From the NCBI GenBank assembly GCA_963845755.1, contig CAWJTV010000011.1:128001-192000 (forward strand): a stretch of 64,000 bases of DNA, read 5' to 3'. The notes below the pieces were generated by a model, which worked only from the letters and a program-made list of their open reading frames with translations, did not search any database and had not been told where the DNA came from. Position 1 is the stretch's first letter. Each line of letters starts with the position of its first letter. A program made the position numbers and the translations under genes. The DNA is from an uncultured Planctomycetota bacterium. Its GTDB lineage: Bacteria; Planctomycetota; Planctomycetia; Isosphaerales; Isosphaeraceae. Below, one piece after another: positions 43,471 through 53,498 of this stretch.

Positions 43471-44563
43471 TTGACGATGAATTCGAACTGCGCCCGCGAG
43501 ATTCCGACGCTCCGCGAACCCTCTAGGCTCAAGCGGGCTACGAGGTTCAGCACGAACGACAAGTGTGATCCACATTCACCAAGCGATCCAAGGCGTCGCC
43601 ACCGCGATTCTCAACGTCCTTCCCGACCTCCCTGCCCCCATTACGACGAGTCTGCCGATTCTCCGGACGGGCGGAGTCCCCTCTCGGCGAGCGAAGAGCG
43701 CGAGCTGGCCGACCGAATCAAGCGAGGGGACACAACCGCAAGGAAGCAACTGATCCTGGCAAACCTTCGCCTTGTGGTCAGTATCGTTTCGAAGATATCG
43801 AAGCAGTAAACTCTCCTTCGACGATCTCGTCCAGGAGGGGAACGTCGGACTGGTCCGAGCGAGCCAGGACTTCGACCCATCGGTCCACAACACAAAATTT
43901 TCCACATATGCAGAAATATGGATCATTGCATTTGTCTATCGAGCCCTCATCGCGAACGACTCGTTGATCCGCGTTCCCGAACACGTCTTCTTGCTACGCA
44001 AACGGTATCGCCGGGCAATCGCCGCTCTGGGCGGTCCGGAGCGGAATGCTGATGCCTGGACGGAACCGTCAAGCATCGACCATCTCGCTCGAGAGACGGG
44101 AATCTCTGCGCGACAACTCGAGCCGTCACGACGGGTCCAGATCGAGTTCGAGATGCGCGGTGGGACGGAGGAAGATGGTGAAACGGCCGCGACCCTCGAG
44201 ACGATGGTCGATTGTCGTCGTCCCGATGAAGAGGCGTCTGTCCACGAGGAGCGCCTGTTATTGGAAGCCGCGCTGAAGCGGTTGAACCCGGTTGAAGCCT
44301 GGGTCATCCGAGAGCGCTATGGCCTGTCCACCTTGGTTCCTGGCGAATCCGATTGGGCCACCTCGATTCCGTCGAACGAGGCCGATCGCACGCCTGTCTC
44401 TCAACCGGATCCGCCCGAAACCACTCAAACTTACTTCCATCGAACCTACTCGGAGCTCGAACGCGACTGTGGATTGAGTCGCCATCGCATCCATCAGGTG
44501 GAGCAGACCGCTCTCGGCAAACTCCGCAGCAACTTGGGTCCCTGGCTCTTCCTGTCGATCTGA
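43471..44563 (+). CDS. RpoD/RpoS-like sigma-70 factor (frameshift near 43790)
   Basis: LSASEERELA, ARKQLILANLRLVVSI, DDLVQEGNVGLVRA, FDPS..KFSTYA, IRVPEH, VIRERYGL, GLSRHRIHQVEQTALGKLR. Confidence 0.9.
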
Positions 44564-45814
44564 TCGCGCGAAGGGGACATTCCTGAGCAAACGGCCCCCA
44601 CTTGCTTCACGAATCAATAAAAGTTTTCAGAAGAGGTCTCATCTCTTGACCAAGTTAAAAGCGATTTTGATCAGGCCAACACGAGGAACTCGTTGACCAG
44701 CGATCACAGCGGATCTCCACTTCTTTTCACTTCACGTGACGTCCCTCTTGGTAGTGACGAAATCGAGCTTTAACACCCCTACCATAACCTTAGATGACTG
44801 CCGTTTCCCCGACGCCAAGCAACTTTTTTTTTCAAAAACGAACAATGCTCGCCCGCCGCTTCAAGAAGTTTGCGGCTTCGTCTTGAGCTCCTTTAATGTG
44901 GCGGCACGTTCGAGAACTTAACGTCTAATCAAAAAGCCTCCAGCACACTATCACGGGTGCAAGATACTGGCCAGGCCGCAAGCATCCCAACCAAGTCCAC
45001 CCTATCTCCATACTTTCTGGCCTCGAAAAGCGTCACCCTTCCAAATTGACAGCGTCAATTTGTAGAGCCCTGTGGCCAAGCAAGGAGACATTCTAGCAGA
45101 CATCGTCCCGATCACGATAGGATGTTCGGTTTTTTCAACAAGACGACCTTGCTGACGAAGGCGAACGATTTTTGGTTTGAACTTGGTAGTTGAATCCGTT
45201 ATGTGTAAGGGGTCCGAGTGGCGTTCCCTGAGTGAGGATTCAACGGCTCCGATCTCTAGATGGGTTTACTCGCGACACGCTTTCCATTTCTGTGATTGGA
45301 TGAGCCGAGGATGGATTGGAACTCGCCTCATGAACGATCAGCGCCCAGTGACAATCCTGCCCAGGATACGCAAGTTAAGTCCAACGGCCGTGGATCGCTC
45401 ACGATGAGCGCCCTGTAGATCTCAAGAACCGACGGGCGTCGGTTTCCGTGAAGTCGAGATGATTTTCACTTTGCACGATCCGCAGGATCCTGTTGTCGAG
45501 AGCCCCGATCTGATGAACCGCATCCGTGTTGGAACTTAGGCACAACACCACCGGAGCTGGAGAGAGATTCCCGAAAGTTCCCCTCGACTGATCGTACTCG
45601 GATGGCCAGGAGTGGGCTTCTTGTGACACAACAGCTAACTCCTTGGCCTAGGTGGGACGATAGACGCTGCCAGACGGAGTGCGGGGCATTCGGTTTTCGG
45701 TGATGCACCGAGGTCGGATCTGGACCACGATTGTGGTTCTTAAGCCACGACGTCGAAGGTCAAGGATGTGTTCGATTGTTTTCATGACAAGCCAGGTATT
45801 CTTGGAGGTGCCCA

Positions 45815-46327
45815 ATGAGCAGACCCGCGTTACTCTTTCCATTAACAGTGGGACTGCTTGCCAACTTGGCGTTCGTGACCTGCAGCCAGGCGGGTTCCAC
45901 CACGATAAGTGTGGACTCGGACTTTTCGTCCATTCCAGCGAGCGTGACCACCAGCACTAGCGTCGATGTCACATCCAGTGGTGTCCCCTCCTTAATTGGC
46001 CTGACAGTGGTGGTGCCAAAGGGTCCTTCCGGCAATCATCCGGATAACCTGACCGGCGTCTCGATTTCAAGCAACGTATCCACCGCTCACTTTTTGCTCG
46101 TCCGGGCTTACGGAACCTTCACGTTCGTCGTCCCGACGAACTGCCCATGGAGTCAGAGGGCTGCTAGTAGCGAATGGCAGACGAACAAAGAAGCCGCCGG
46201 CGAGCAATCCAGTCCTTTGCTCTACCGCGTCCCCGAGCCGACTTCGATGTCCCTGCTGGGCATCGGGATGGCGGGCTTGTTTGCCTTCCGCCGGTTCTTC
46301 AGGCGGAACACGAACGTCCAGTCGTGA
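45815..46327 (+). CDS. PEP-CTERM sorting domain protein
   Basis: GGAGGTG RBS, signal peptide, VPEPTSMSLLGIGMAGLFAFRRFFRR. Confidence 0.85.
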   Translation: MSRPALLFPLTVGLLANLAFVTCSQAGSTTISVDSDFSSIPASVTTSTSVDVTSSGVPSLIGLTVVVPKGPSGNHPDNLTGVSISSNVSTAHFLLVRAYGTFTFVVPTNCPWSQRAASSEWQTNKEAAGEQSSPLLYRVPEPTSMSLLGIGMAGLFAFRRFFRRNTNVQS

Positions 46328-46574
46328 TCGACCCGCCGATCGCAGTCGATCAACGAGTTCGAAATCGAGGGCATTCCGATAAGCGTGACAGAAACGCCTC
46401 GTGATTCGCCGCCCCTTGAGTGTCGCCCATTTAGCGACTGTCAGCGCGGGAACGGATCGGTCACGCCGCCGCAAGCTAACCCGTGAGGCTTGGACCAAAA
46501 TGGCAGGAGAGGTATCATAACCTCTCCTGCCATTTTATTTTCGAACCAAGGAAAAACGGGAAGAGAGAATCTCG

Positions 46575-48165
46575 GTGAACACCGAACCTCGGGAGGCGTA
46601 CGAAGCCCTCATCCGCCGGTCGCGGGAACTGGCGACTCTGTCCTCGTGCTCGTCGTTGCTGGGCTGGGACGAGCAGACGTATATGCCCCCTGGTGGTGCC
46701 ATCCACCGTGGTAGTCAGTTGGCACTGCTGGCGGGCTTGCACCATGAACGAGCGACCGATCCCCAGATCGCCGATTTACTAACCACCGTCGAGGGATCAA
46801 CCTTAGTCAGCGACCCCGACTCGGCCGAGGCCGTGAACATCCGCGAGATGAGGCGAGGCTACGACCGACGGGTCCGACTTCCCCGCTCGCTGATCGAAGA
46901 ATTGGCGCGGACGACCTCAATAGCTCAGTCTGAGTGGGTTACGGCGCGTGCTGCGAGCGATTTCGCGCGATTCCGGCCCTGGCTGGAAAAGATCATCCAC
47001 CTCAAGCGAGCCGAGTCAGCCTGCCTGGTGGGCCATGTGACGCGTGAGCGAACAGACGGGGCTGTGGGATCGGTCTACGATCCATTGCTTGACGAGTATG
47101 AGCCGGGGGCCACGAATGCCGACTTGGCCGTCCTGTTCGATGCCCTCCGTCTCGAACTAACGCCGCTGGTGGCGGTGATCGCCGAGGCTGCCGCCCGCAA
47201 ATCCAGAAATGGCAAAGGTCCGAGTCTTTCTGTAGGTTCTGACAGTAGGGCCATCCTTCGGCGAACTTATCCGCGCGACCGGCAGCGTATCTTCGGCGAG
47301 GCGGTTGCGTCAGCAGTAGGCTTCGACTTCCGGCGAGGCCGGCTGGACGTGACGGCTCACCCGTTCTGTACGGGGATCGGACCGGGCGACTGCCGTATCA
47401 CCACGCGGTTTGAGGAACATCACTTCGAAGACGCCTTTTTCGGCATACTCCACGAGGTGGGTCACGGGCTTTACGAACAAGGTTTGGAGGAAGCCCATTA
47501 TGGCACACCGATGGGCGAGGCCGTTTCGCTGGGAGTCCACGAATCCCAATCGCGCTTCTGGGAAAACCTCGTAGGCCGCAGCCGGTCGTTCTGGGAATAC
47601 TGGCTACCGATGGCGCGCACGGGTTTTCCAAGAGGCGCTGGCGGATGAGACGGTCGAATCGTTCCACGCCGCGATCAACGAGGTAGCGCCCTCTTTGATC
47701 CGCGTCCGGGCCGACGAGGCCACTTATAACTTGCACATCATCATTCGGTTTGAGCTGGAGCAGGACCTTCTCACAGGCGCGCTGACGGTTGACGAACTGC
47801 CCGGGGCCTGGAATCAGAAGTACCGGGAAATCCTGGGTGTGACCCCAGGCAGCGATGCGGAGGGTTGCCTCCAGGACATTCACTGGAGCGCCGGGCTCAT
47901 CGGCTATTTCCCGACCTATACACTCGGCAATATCTACGCGGCCCAGCTCTATGCCGCAGCCGATGCCGCGCTGGGCGGCCTGGACGATGCCCTGGCACAG
48001 GGTGATTCTCATGGCCTTCTCGGCTGGCTCCGCAAGAAGATTCACCGACAGGGCCAGCGATATCGTTCCGCGGAGCTGATCGAGCGCGTCACCGGCTCCC
48101 CGCCCGACCACCACGCGCTGATCGACGGCCTGCGCCGGAAGTATGGCGAACTCTACGGAATCTGA
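46575..48165 (+). CDS. Carboxypeptidase, family M32 (frameshift near 47620)
   Basis: LLGWDEQTYMPPGG, LDEYEPG, HPFCT, HEVGHGLYEQG (HExxH), HESQSRFWEN, IRVRADE, GCLQDIHW, GYFPTYTLG. Confidence 0.95.
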
Positions 48166-48246
48166 CGAACGCCTCGATCCCCCGGCTGGCCCAACCGTCG
48201 AACCGACTTGAGCGTTCATTGCATCCAAATCGAGTCATTACCTATT

Positions 48247-49467
48247 ATGATTCAATCCGACGCAGCCTTGCCCGAACTCGAATCCCGACCGAAGCCGGCT
48301 CCACCGCGCCTGGCTTCAATCGACGCCTACCGCGGGCTGGTTATGTTCCTGATGATGGCCGAGGTCCTCAGCTTTTGCGCGGTATCCAACAGGGTACCGG
48401 GAAGCAAACTGTGGGCGCTATTGTGCTATCATCAGTCGCATGTGCAATGGGTGGGCTGTTCGCTCCACGACCTGATTCAGCCTTCGTTCTCGTTCCTGGT
48501 TGGCGTGGCCTTGCCATTCTCGTTGGCCGGCCGGCTGTTGCGGGGGCAGTCGAAGGCCAAGATGACGGCGCATGCGCTCTGGCGGTCGCTGATCCTGGTC
48601 TTCCTGGGGGTTTTCCTGCGGTCGAGGCATCATCCGCAGACTTACTTCACTTTCGAGGATACGCTCAGCCAGATCGGGCTGGGATATACGTTCCTGTTCG
48701 TGCTGGCGTTGTTCTCGACGCGGGTGCAAGGAATCGCCCTGGGAGTAATCCTCGTCGGTTACTGGTCGGCGTTCGCGCTCTATTCAGCCCCCGGTCCCGA
48801 GTTCGATTACGCCGCCAACCGGGTTCCTGGGAGCTTCTCGGAGCACCCGAGCGGGTTCGCAGCGCACTGGGACATCAACAGCAACGCCGCTTGGGCTTTC
48901 GACACCTGGTTCCTGAACTGGTTCCCTCGTGAGAATCCGTTTGTTGGCAACAGTGGCGGTTACTCCACATTGAGCTTCATCCCGACGCTAGGGACCATGA
49001 TCCTGGGTCTCCTGGCCGGCGGGATCTTGCGGCGTCCGTGGAGTGGTGAGTCGAAGGTCCTCTGGCTGATCCTCGGCGGCGGGGTCAGCCTGGCGGCCGG
49101 CTGGGGCCTGGGTGAGCTCGGCTTTTGCCCGGTGGTCAAGCGAATCTGGACTCCGACTTGGGTGCTCTTCAGCGGCGGCTGGTGCTTCCTGTTCCTGGCG
49201 GGCTTCTACGCCATCCTCGACCTTCTGAACTTCCGGTCTTGGGCCTTTCCACTCCAGGTGATCGGCATGAACTCGATCGCGGCCTACTGCATGTCCGGCC
49301 TGTTCGAGGATTTCATCCGGGACAGCCTCAAGATTCATCTGGGAAAGGACGCGTTTAAGATCCTCGGATCACCTTACGAGCCCTTGCTCCACGGCGCGGC
49401 CATGTTGCTGGTGCTCTGGCTGATCCTGTTCTGGATGTATCGGCGTAAAATATTCCTGAGGGTTTGA
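48247..49467 (+). CDS. Membrane acyltransferase, heparan-alpha-glucosaminide N-acetyltransferase-like
   Basis: RLASIDAYRGLVMFLM, HVQWVGCSLHDLIQPSFSFLVG, PVVKRIWTPTW, IGMNSIAAY, MYRRKIFLRV. Confidence 0.85.
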   Translation: MIQSDAALPELESRPKPAPPRLASIDAYRGLVMFLMMAEVLSFCAVSNRVPGSKLWALLCYHQSHVQWVGCSLHDLIQPSFSFLVGVALPFSLAGRLLRGQSKAKMTAHALWRSLILVFLGVFLRSRHHPQTYFTFEDTLSQIGLGYTFLFVLALFSTRVQGIALGVILVGYWSAFALYSAPGPEFDYAANRVPGSFSEHPSGFAAHWDINSNAAWAFDTWFLNWFPRENPFVGNSGGYSTLSFIPTLGTMILGLLAGGILRRPWSGESKVLWLILGGGVSLAAGWGLGELGFCPVVKRIWTPTWVLFSGGWCFLFLAGFYAILDLLNFRSWAFPLQVIGMNSIAAYCMSGLFEDFIRDSLKIHLGKDAFKILGSPYEPLLHGAAMLLVLWLILFWMYRRKIFLRV

Positions 49468-49559
49468 CCATCGATCCAGCTTCGACACGAGAGGAGACCA
49501 TCATGTTCTGAAGGAATTGCGTCTTCTCCGCAGGCCAAGATCCGTCGAGCTTCGCCCTC

Positions 49560-52544
49560 ATGCGACACATTGCCATCCTCATGAATTGCTGGGTTCTCAC
49601 CTTCCTAATGGCGATGTCCCCCGTACATGGCCAACCCGCGTCGGCCGCGGGCCGGCCCGTGCGGCTGGAGGTGACGCGCGACACCTGGGTATCGGATGTC
49701 GGTCCGGAGAGCGACGGCAACAACGGCGGCGCATCGAGGCTCAAGTTCAAGAGCATCCAGGAAATGACCCTGCTTGACATCGATACCGCGCCGCTACGGG
49801 GGCGGACGATCCGATCGGCCGCGCTCCACGTGCGGCGATCGGACAACGAGCCGCTCCGGCGGGTGACGGTCGGCAGTATGGGAGCCGAGTGGTTCGAGGG
49901 AACGGGGAGCAGCTATTCGGTCCAACCCGGTGGGGCGACGTTTCGACGGCGACGGCACCCTGATTTACCCTGGTCGACCGGCGGGGGCGATCTCTGCCAC
50001 GTCATCCTGGGCAATGGCGGCACGACCTGGAGGATGGCGGACGCCTCCTCGCCCGATCGGGAGGGTTGGCAACGCGTGCTGGTCGATCCGCGGGTCGTGG
50101 CGGCCCGCCTGGCGGGACTCAGCCATGGTTTCCTCGTGTTCGACGACACGGGGTCGGAATGGGCCCGCAACGGAGAGACGTTCACACAACGGATTTTCCC
50201 CAACCGGTTCGTCTACAGCCGTCAACAGAATCGCTCGAGTGCTCCCTATTTCCACGTCGAACTCGGGCCGGACGATCATCAACCGCCTGCGGCCCCGAGC
50301 GGCCTGAGGGTCGCATCCCAGACGACCCAACTGCCCGCCGGCGAAGCGATGATCTCGTGGGTTACACCCCGCGACTCCGGCCCGGCTGGCACGCTCGGGT
50401 TTTTCGTGGCAATCGAGGGCCGGCCATTGCCACGCGAGCGGATTCCGATGGCCGGCGCGGTGGGCGAGCGAGTCGAGATGCTGCTTCGCGATGTCGAGTT
50501 AGCCCCCGGAGCGACGGTCACGCTGTCGGTGAGGGCTGTGGACGGGGCCGGAAATCTCGGGCCGGCGGCGACGGCCCGCTTCCAGGTCTCGAATCGCATC
50601 CCCGCGCCGCTTCCCCAGCCGAGACCGGCCACCGCGATGCGCCGTGGCGCGACGCCGGCAAGACCGCCCTCCTGGGAAGTCGCCTCAATCCCCACGCTCA
50701 TCGCCATCCTCGACGAGCTCGACAAAATCCAAGCCGACACGGGCGAGTTAGTCCCCTCCCAGCCCGATGGATACCTGACCGCCAATCATCTCTGGGACTC
50801 CGCCGCTCGACGGGTCACGCTCCATTCGGCGCGGAACGAGTTCGTCGCCTTCCAGGTCCTTCTCCGCTCTCCCGTCCCGGTTCTCTCTGCTTCGATCTGC
50901 GCCGAGTTGGTCTTTGACGGTCCAGTCGGCAAAGCGATCCAGGTCGGGATCGGCCGCTATCACCCGGTTCGTTCGCAGTTGGGCCCATTCCCCGACCCGA
51001 TCGTTCCACTGGATTTCCCCTTGCCCGACGACGCGGTTGCCGCGAAAAACTTGAGTTTGCACGCCGAGGTTTACGTCCCGCACCACGTACCCGCCGGGGA
51101 GTATGTCGGGACGCTGACATTGTTGAACGCACGGCGGGGCGGCGCAGTGCCCCTTGCGCCTGGCCGTGACGCTTCGGGTCTGGGATTTCACCTTGCCCGA
51201 TCATCTGAGTTTCCTGCCCGAGATGAACTGTTACGGCCTTCCGACGAACGAGCGCGACTACTACCGACTGGCACACCGGCACCGGACCGTATTAAATCGC
51301 GTCCCCTACAACCAGAGCGGACAGATGGCGGACGGCTGCGCACCGAGATGGGACGCGCGCCGGCTCGATCTCGAGTGGTCGGACTGGGATCGCCGATTTG
51401 GCCCGCTGCTGGACGGGTCGGCGTTCGCGGACCTGCCGCGCAAGGGAGTACCGGTCGAATGCTTCTACCTGCCTCTGCACGAAAACTGGCCGACTCCGAT
51501 GGAGGGCTATTATCAAGGCGACTACTGGGCCGATCAGGCCTTCCCCGAGTCGTATCGCCGGGCGTTCGTCGCAGCCTCGCGGCGGATCGCCGAACATGCC
51601 CGAGCCAAGGGATGGACCGAGACGCTCTTCCACGGTTTTCTCAACAACAAGAACAACTTCAAGGAGCGCGGCTGGTCGAGAGGATCGTCTCCCTGGCTCC
51701 TCGACGAGCCGGCTAACTTCCAGGACTACTGGGCGCTGCGATACTTCGCTCGGGCCTTCCACGAAGGGATCAACCAAGCCGTGGCGGAGGGCCCCGCAGA
51801 CAAGAGGCCCGTGCCGCGTCTGGTGTTCCGCGCCGACATCTCCCGGCCCCAGTGGCGGCGAGACAGTCTCGACGGCCTGATGGATTACCACGTGGTCGGC
51901 GGGGCGATGCGAACCTATCCCTGGCTGGTCTTCGACCGGAAGCGGGCCTACGGCGAGATCGTGGTCGAGTACGGATCGACCAATCCGGTCGAGGGCTCGA
52001 ACCTCCAGCCGGTGGGTTGGTGCCTGGACGCCTGGTCGCTCGGGACCGATGGCGTCCTCCCCTGGCAGACGGTGGGGGCGCCGGGTCGTGGGACCGGGCC
52101 GACGAGTTGGCGTTGTTCTATCCGGCCGCGGGCGGGTTGCGCGCCGAGCAGGGGCGGGAGACCCGCGCCCCACACGAGGGGGTGATTCCGTCGGTTCGCC
52201 TCAAGGCGTATCGCCGCGGGCAGCAGGACGTGGAGTATCTGACTCTCTGGGCGCGCCTGCACCACGAGCCGCGTTGGGCCGTCGGCCGGCAGGTGCGGGC
52301 GTCGCTGGGCCTGGTTGGCGTTCGCCGGGGCACCGGGATCGCCGGCGCCGAAGATGCCGGCCGGATCGACTATACCCGACTCCGCCCCCAGGACCTCTGG
52401 GCCTTGCGAGTCGCGATCGGCGAGGCGATCTCACAGGCCCGGCCCGCCCCGGCGAGCAAGCTCGTCGACTTCCGCACCCCGCGCCGCGACCCGGAGCACC
52501 TCCCGCAGGCATACGTTGCGGGCGATCCGGGTCGGGACCGATGA
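49560..52544 (+). CDS. Large secreted glycoside-hydrolase-like protein (GH123/DUF4091-like C-terminus; two frameshifts)
   Basis: Signal peptide; FN3-like segment; ARNEFVAFQV, LRVWDFTLP, WLLDEP, LFYP, PSVRLKAYRRGQQDVEYL. Confidence 0.7.
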
Positions 52545-52675
52545 ACGGCCGAGGGCGGCCAGTCCTTGTGATGTCCTCGGCCATGCTGGAAAACCTGAGA
52601 GAGAAAACCGGCACCCTCTTGCGGGCGCCCTTTTCATGGTGTACAAGACGGCCGTCTGGCATGGTTCGGTAATCG

Positions 52676-52940
52676 ACTCTCGGCATCTGAGAGGACAGGT
52701 CTAGCTCGGTGCTCTGCACCAGGACGGCGTTGCGCCGCCCGAGCGTATGGCTGGTCATGCTGCACAACGAAGGCTGTTTCAGGCCCGCTGATCCCCCGGA
52801 CAGTGCCCGGTATGTCGGCGGTCCTGGGCCAACCCCGCCGATCGTGGTTCCGCCGACATACCGGGCACTGTCCGGGGGGCGGGCCAGAGAGCCTTCGATG
52901 TCCCAGGTCTTGTGGTAGATGTCTCTTGGATGCCGAGGGT
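52676..52940 (+). ncRNA. Retron-like msr-msd ncRNA, copy 1
   Basis: Terminal IR 52676-52703 with 52916-52940, followed by candidate branching G52704; two short hairpins (52708-52720, 52722-52740); long hairpin with a perfect 29-bp core (52793-52821 / 52850-52878). Confidence 0.75.
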
Positions 52941-53114
52941 GGGTTGCCGCGTGAATCAACGGGCAGCCCACCTGCCCTATCAAGCCTCGTGTTTCAATAA
53001 ATCAACAATCGGTGCCAGGGTCGTCCACCCGTCGTGTCTGAAATCGAAAAGAAGCCGGTAACCTCTTGCGGCGCCTCGGGATTAGTGCACAAAACATCCG
53101 TTCTTTGTCGTGAC

Positions 53115-53378
53115 GATCGAGCATTTGGGAGGACAGGTCTAGCTCGGTGTTCTGCACCAGGGCGGTGTTGCGCCGCCCGAGCGTATGGCTGGTCATGCTG
53201 CACAACGAAGGCTGTTTCAGGCCCGCTGATCCCCCGGAAAACTTCCGGCATGCGGGCGGGCCTGGGACAACCCTGCCGGTCGTGGTTCCGCCCGCATGCC
53301 GGAAGTTTTCCGGGGGGCGGGCCAGAGAGCCTTCGTTGTCCCAGGTCTTGTGGTAGATGAGACTCCGCGATGCTCAGG
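53115..53378 (+). ncRNA. Retron-like msr-msd ncRNA, copy 2
   Basis: Direct repeat of copy 1 at offset 438; candidate branching G53142; perfect 29-bp core 53231-53259 / 53288-53316 with 8 compensatory base-pair changes relative to copy 1. Confidence 0.75.
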
Positions 53379-53498
53379 GTGGGCTGTCTCGATAACCTCG
53401 AGCAGCCCCCCTACCTCTCAAAACATCACGTGGGTCAGAGTTTCCGGGCTGACGACCCATTCGTGTGGGGCTGGAAAGCCTGATCTATATTATCGGTT

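Noticed and set aside
52709..53356. Duplicated 69-aa ORFs (52709-52918 and 53147-53356)
   Set aside because: Differences between copies preserve base pairing rather than amino acids, so selection is on structure.
52676..53378. CRISPR array or MITE/IS interpretation of the repeats
   Set aside because: Only two ~260-nt units, with no short repeat-spacer periodicity, cas gene, transposase or target-site duplication; internal covarying stems fit a structured RNA.
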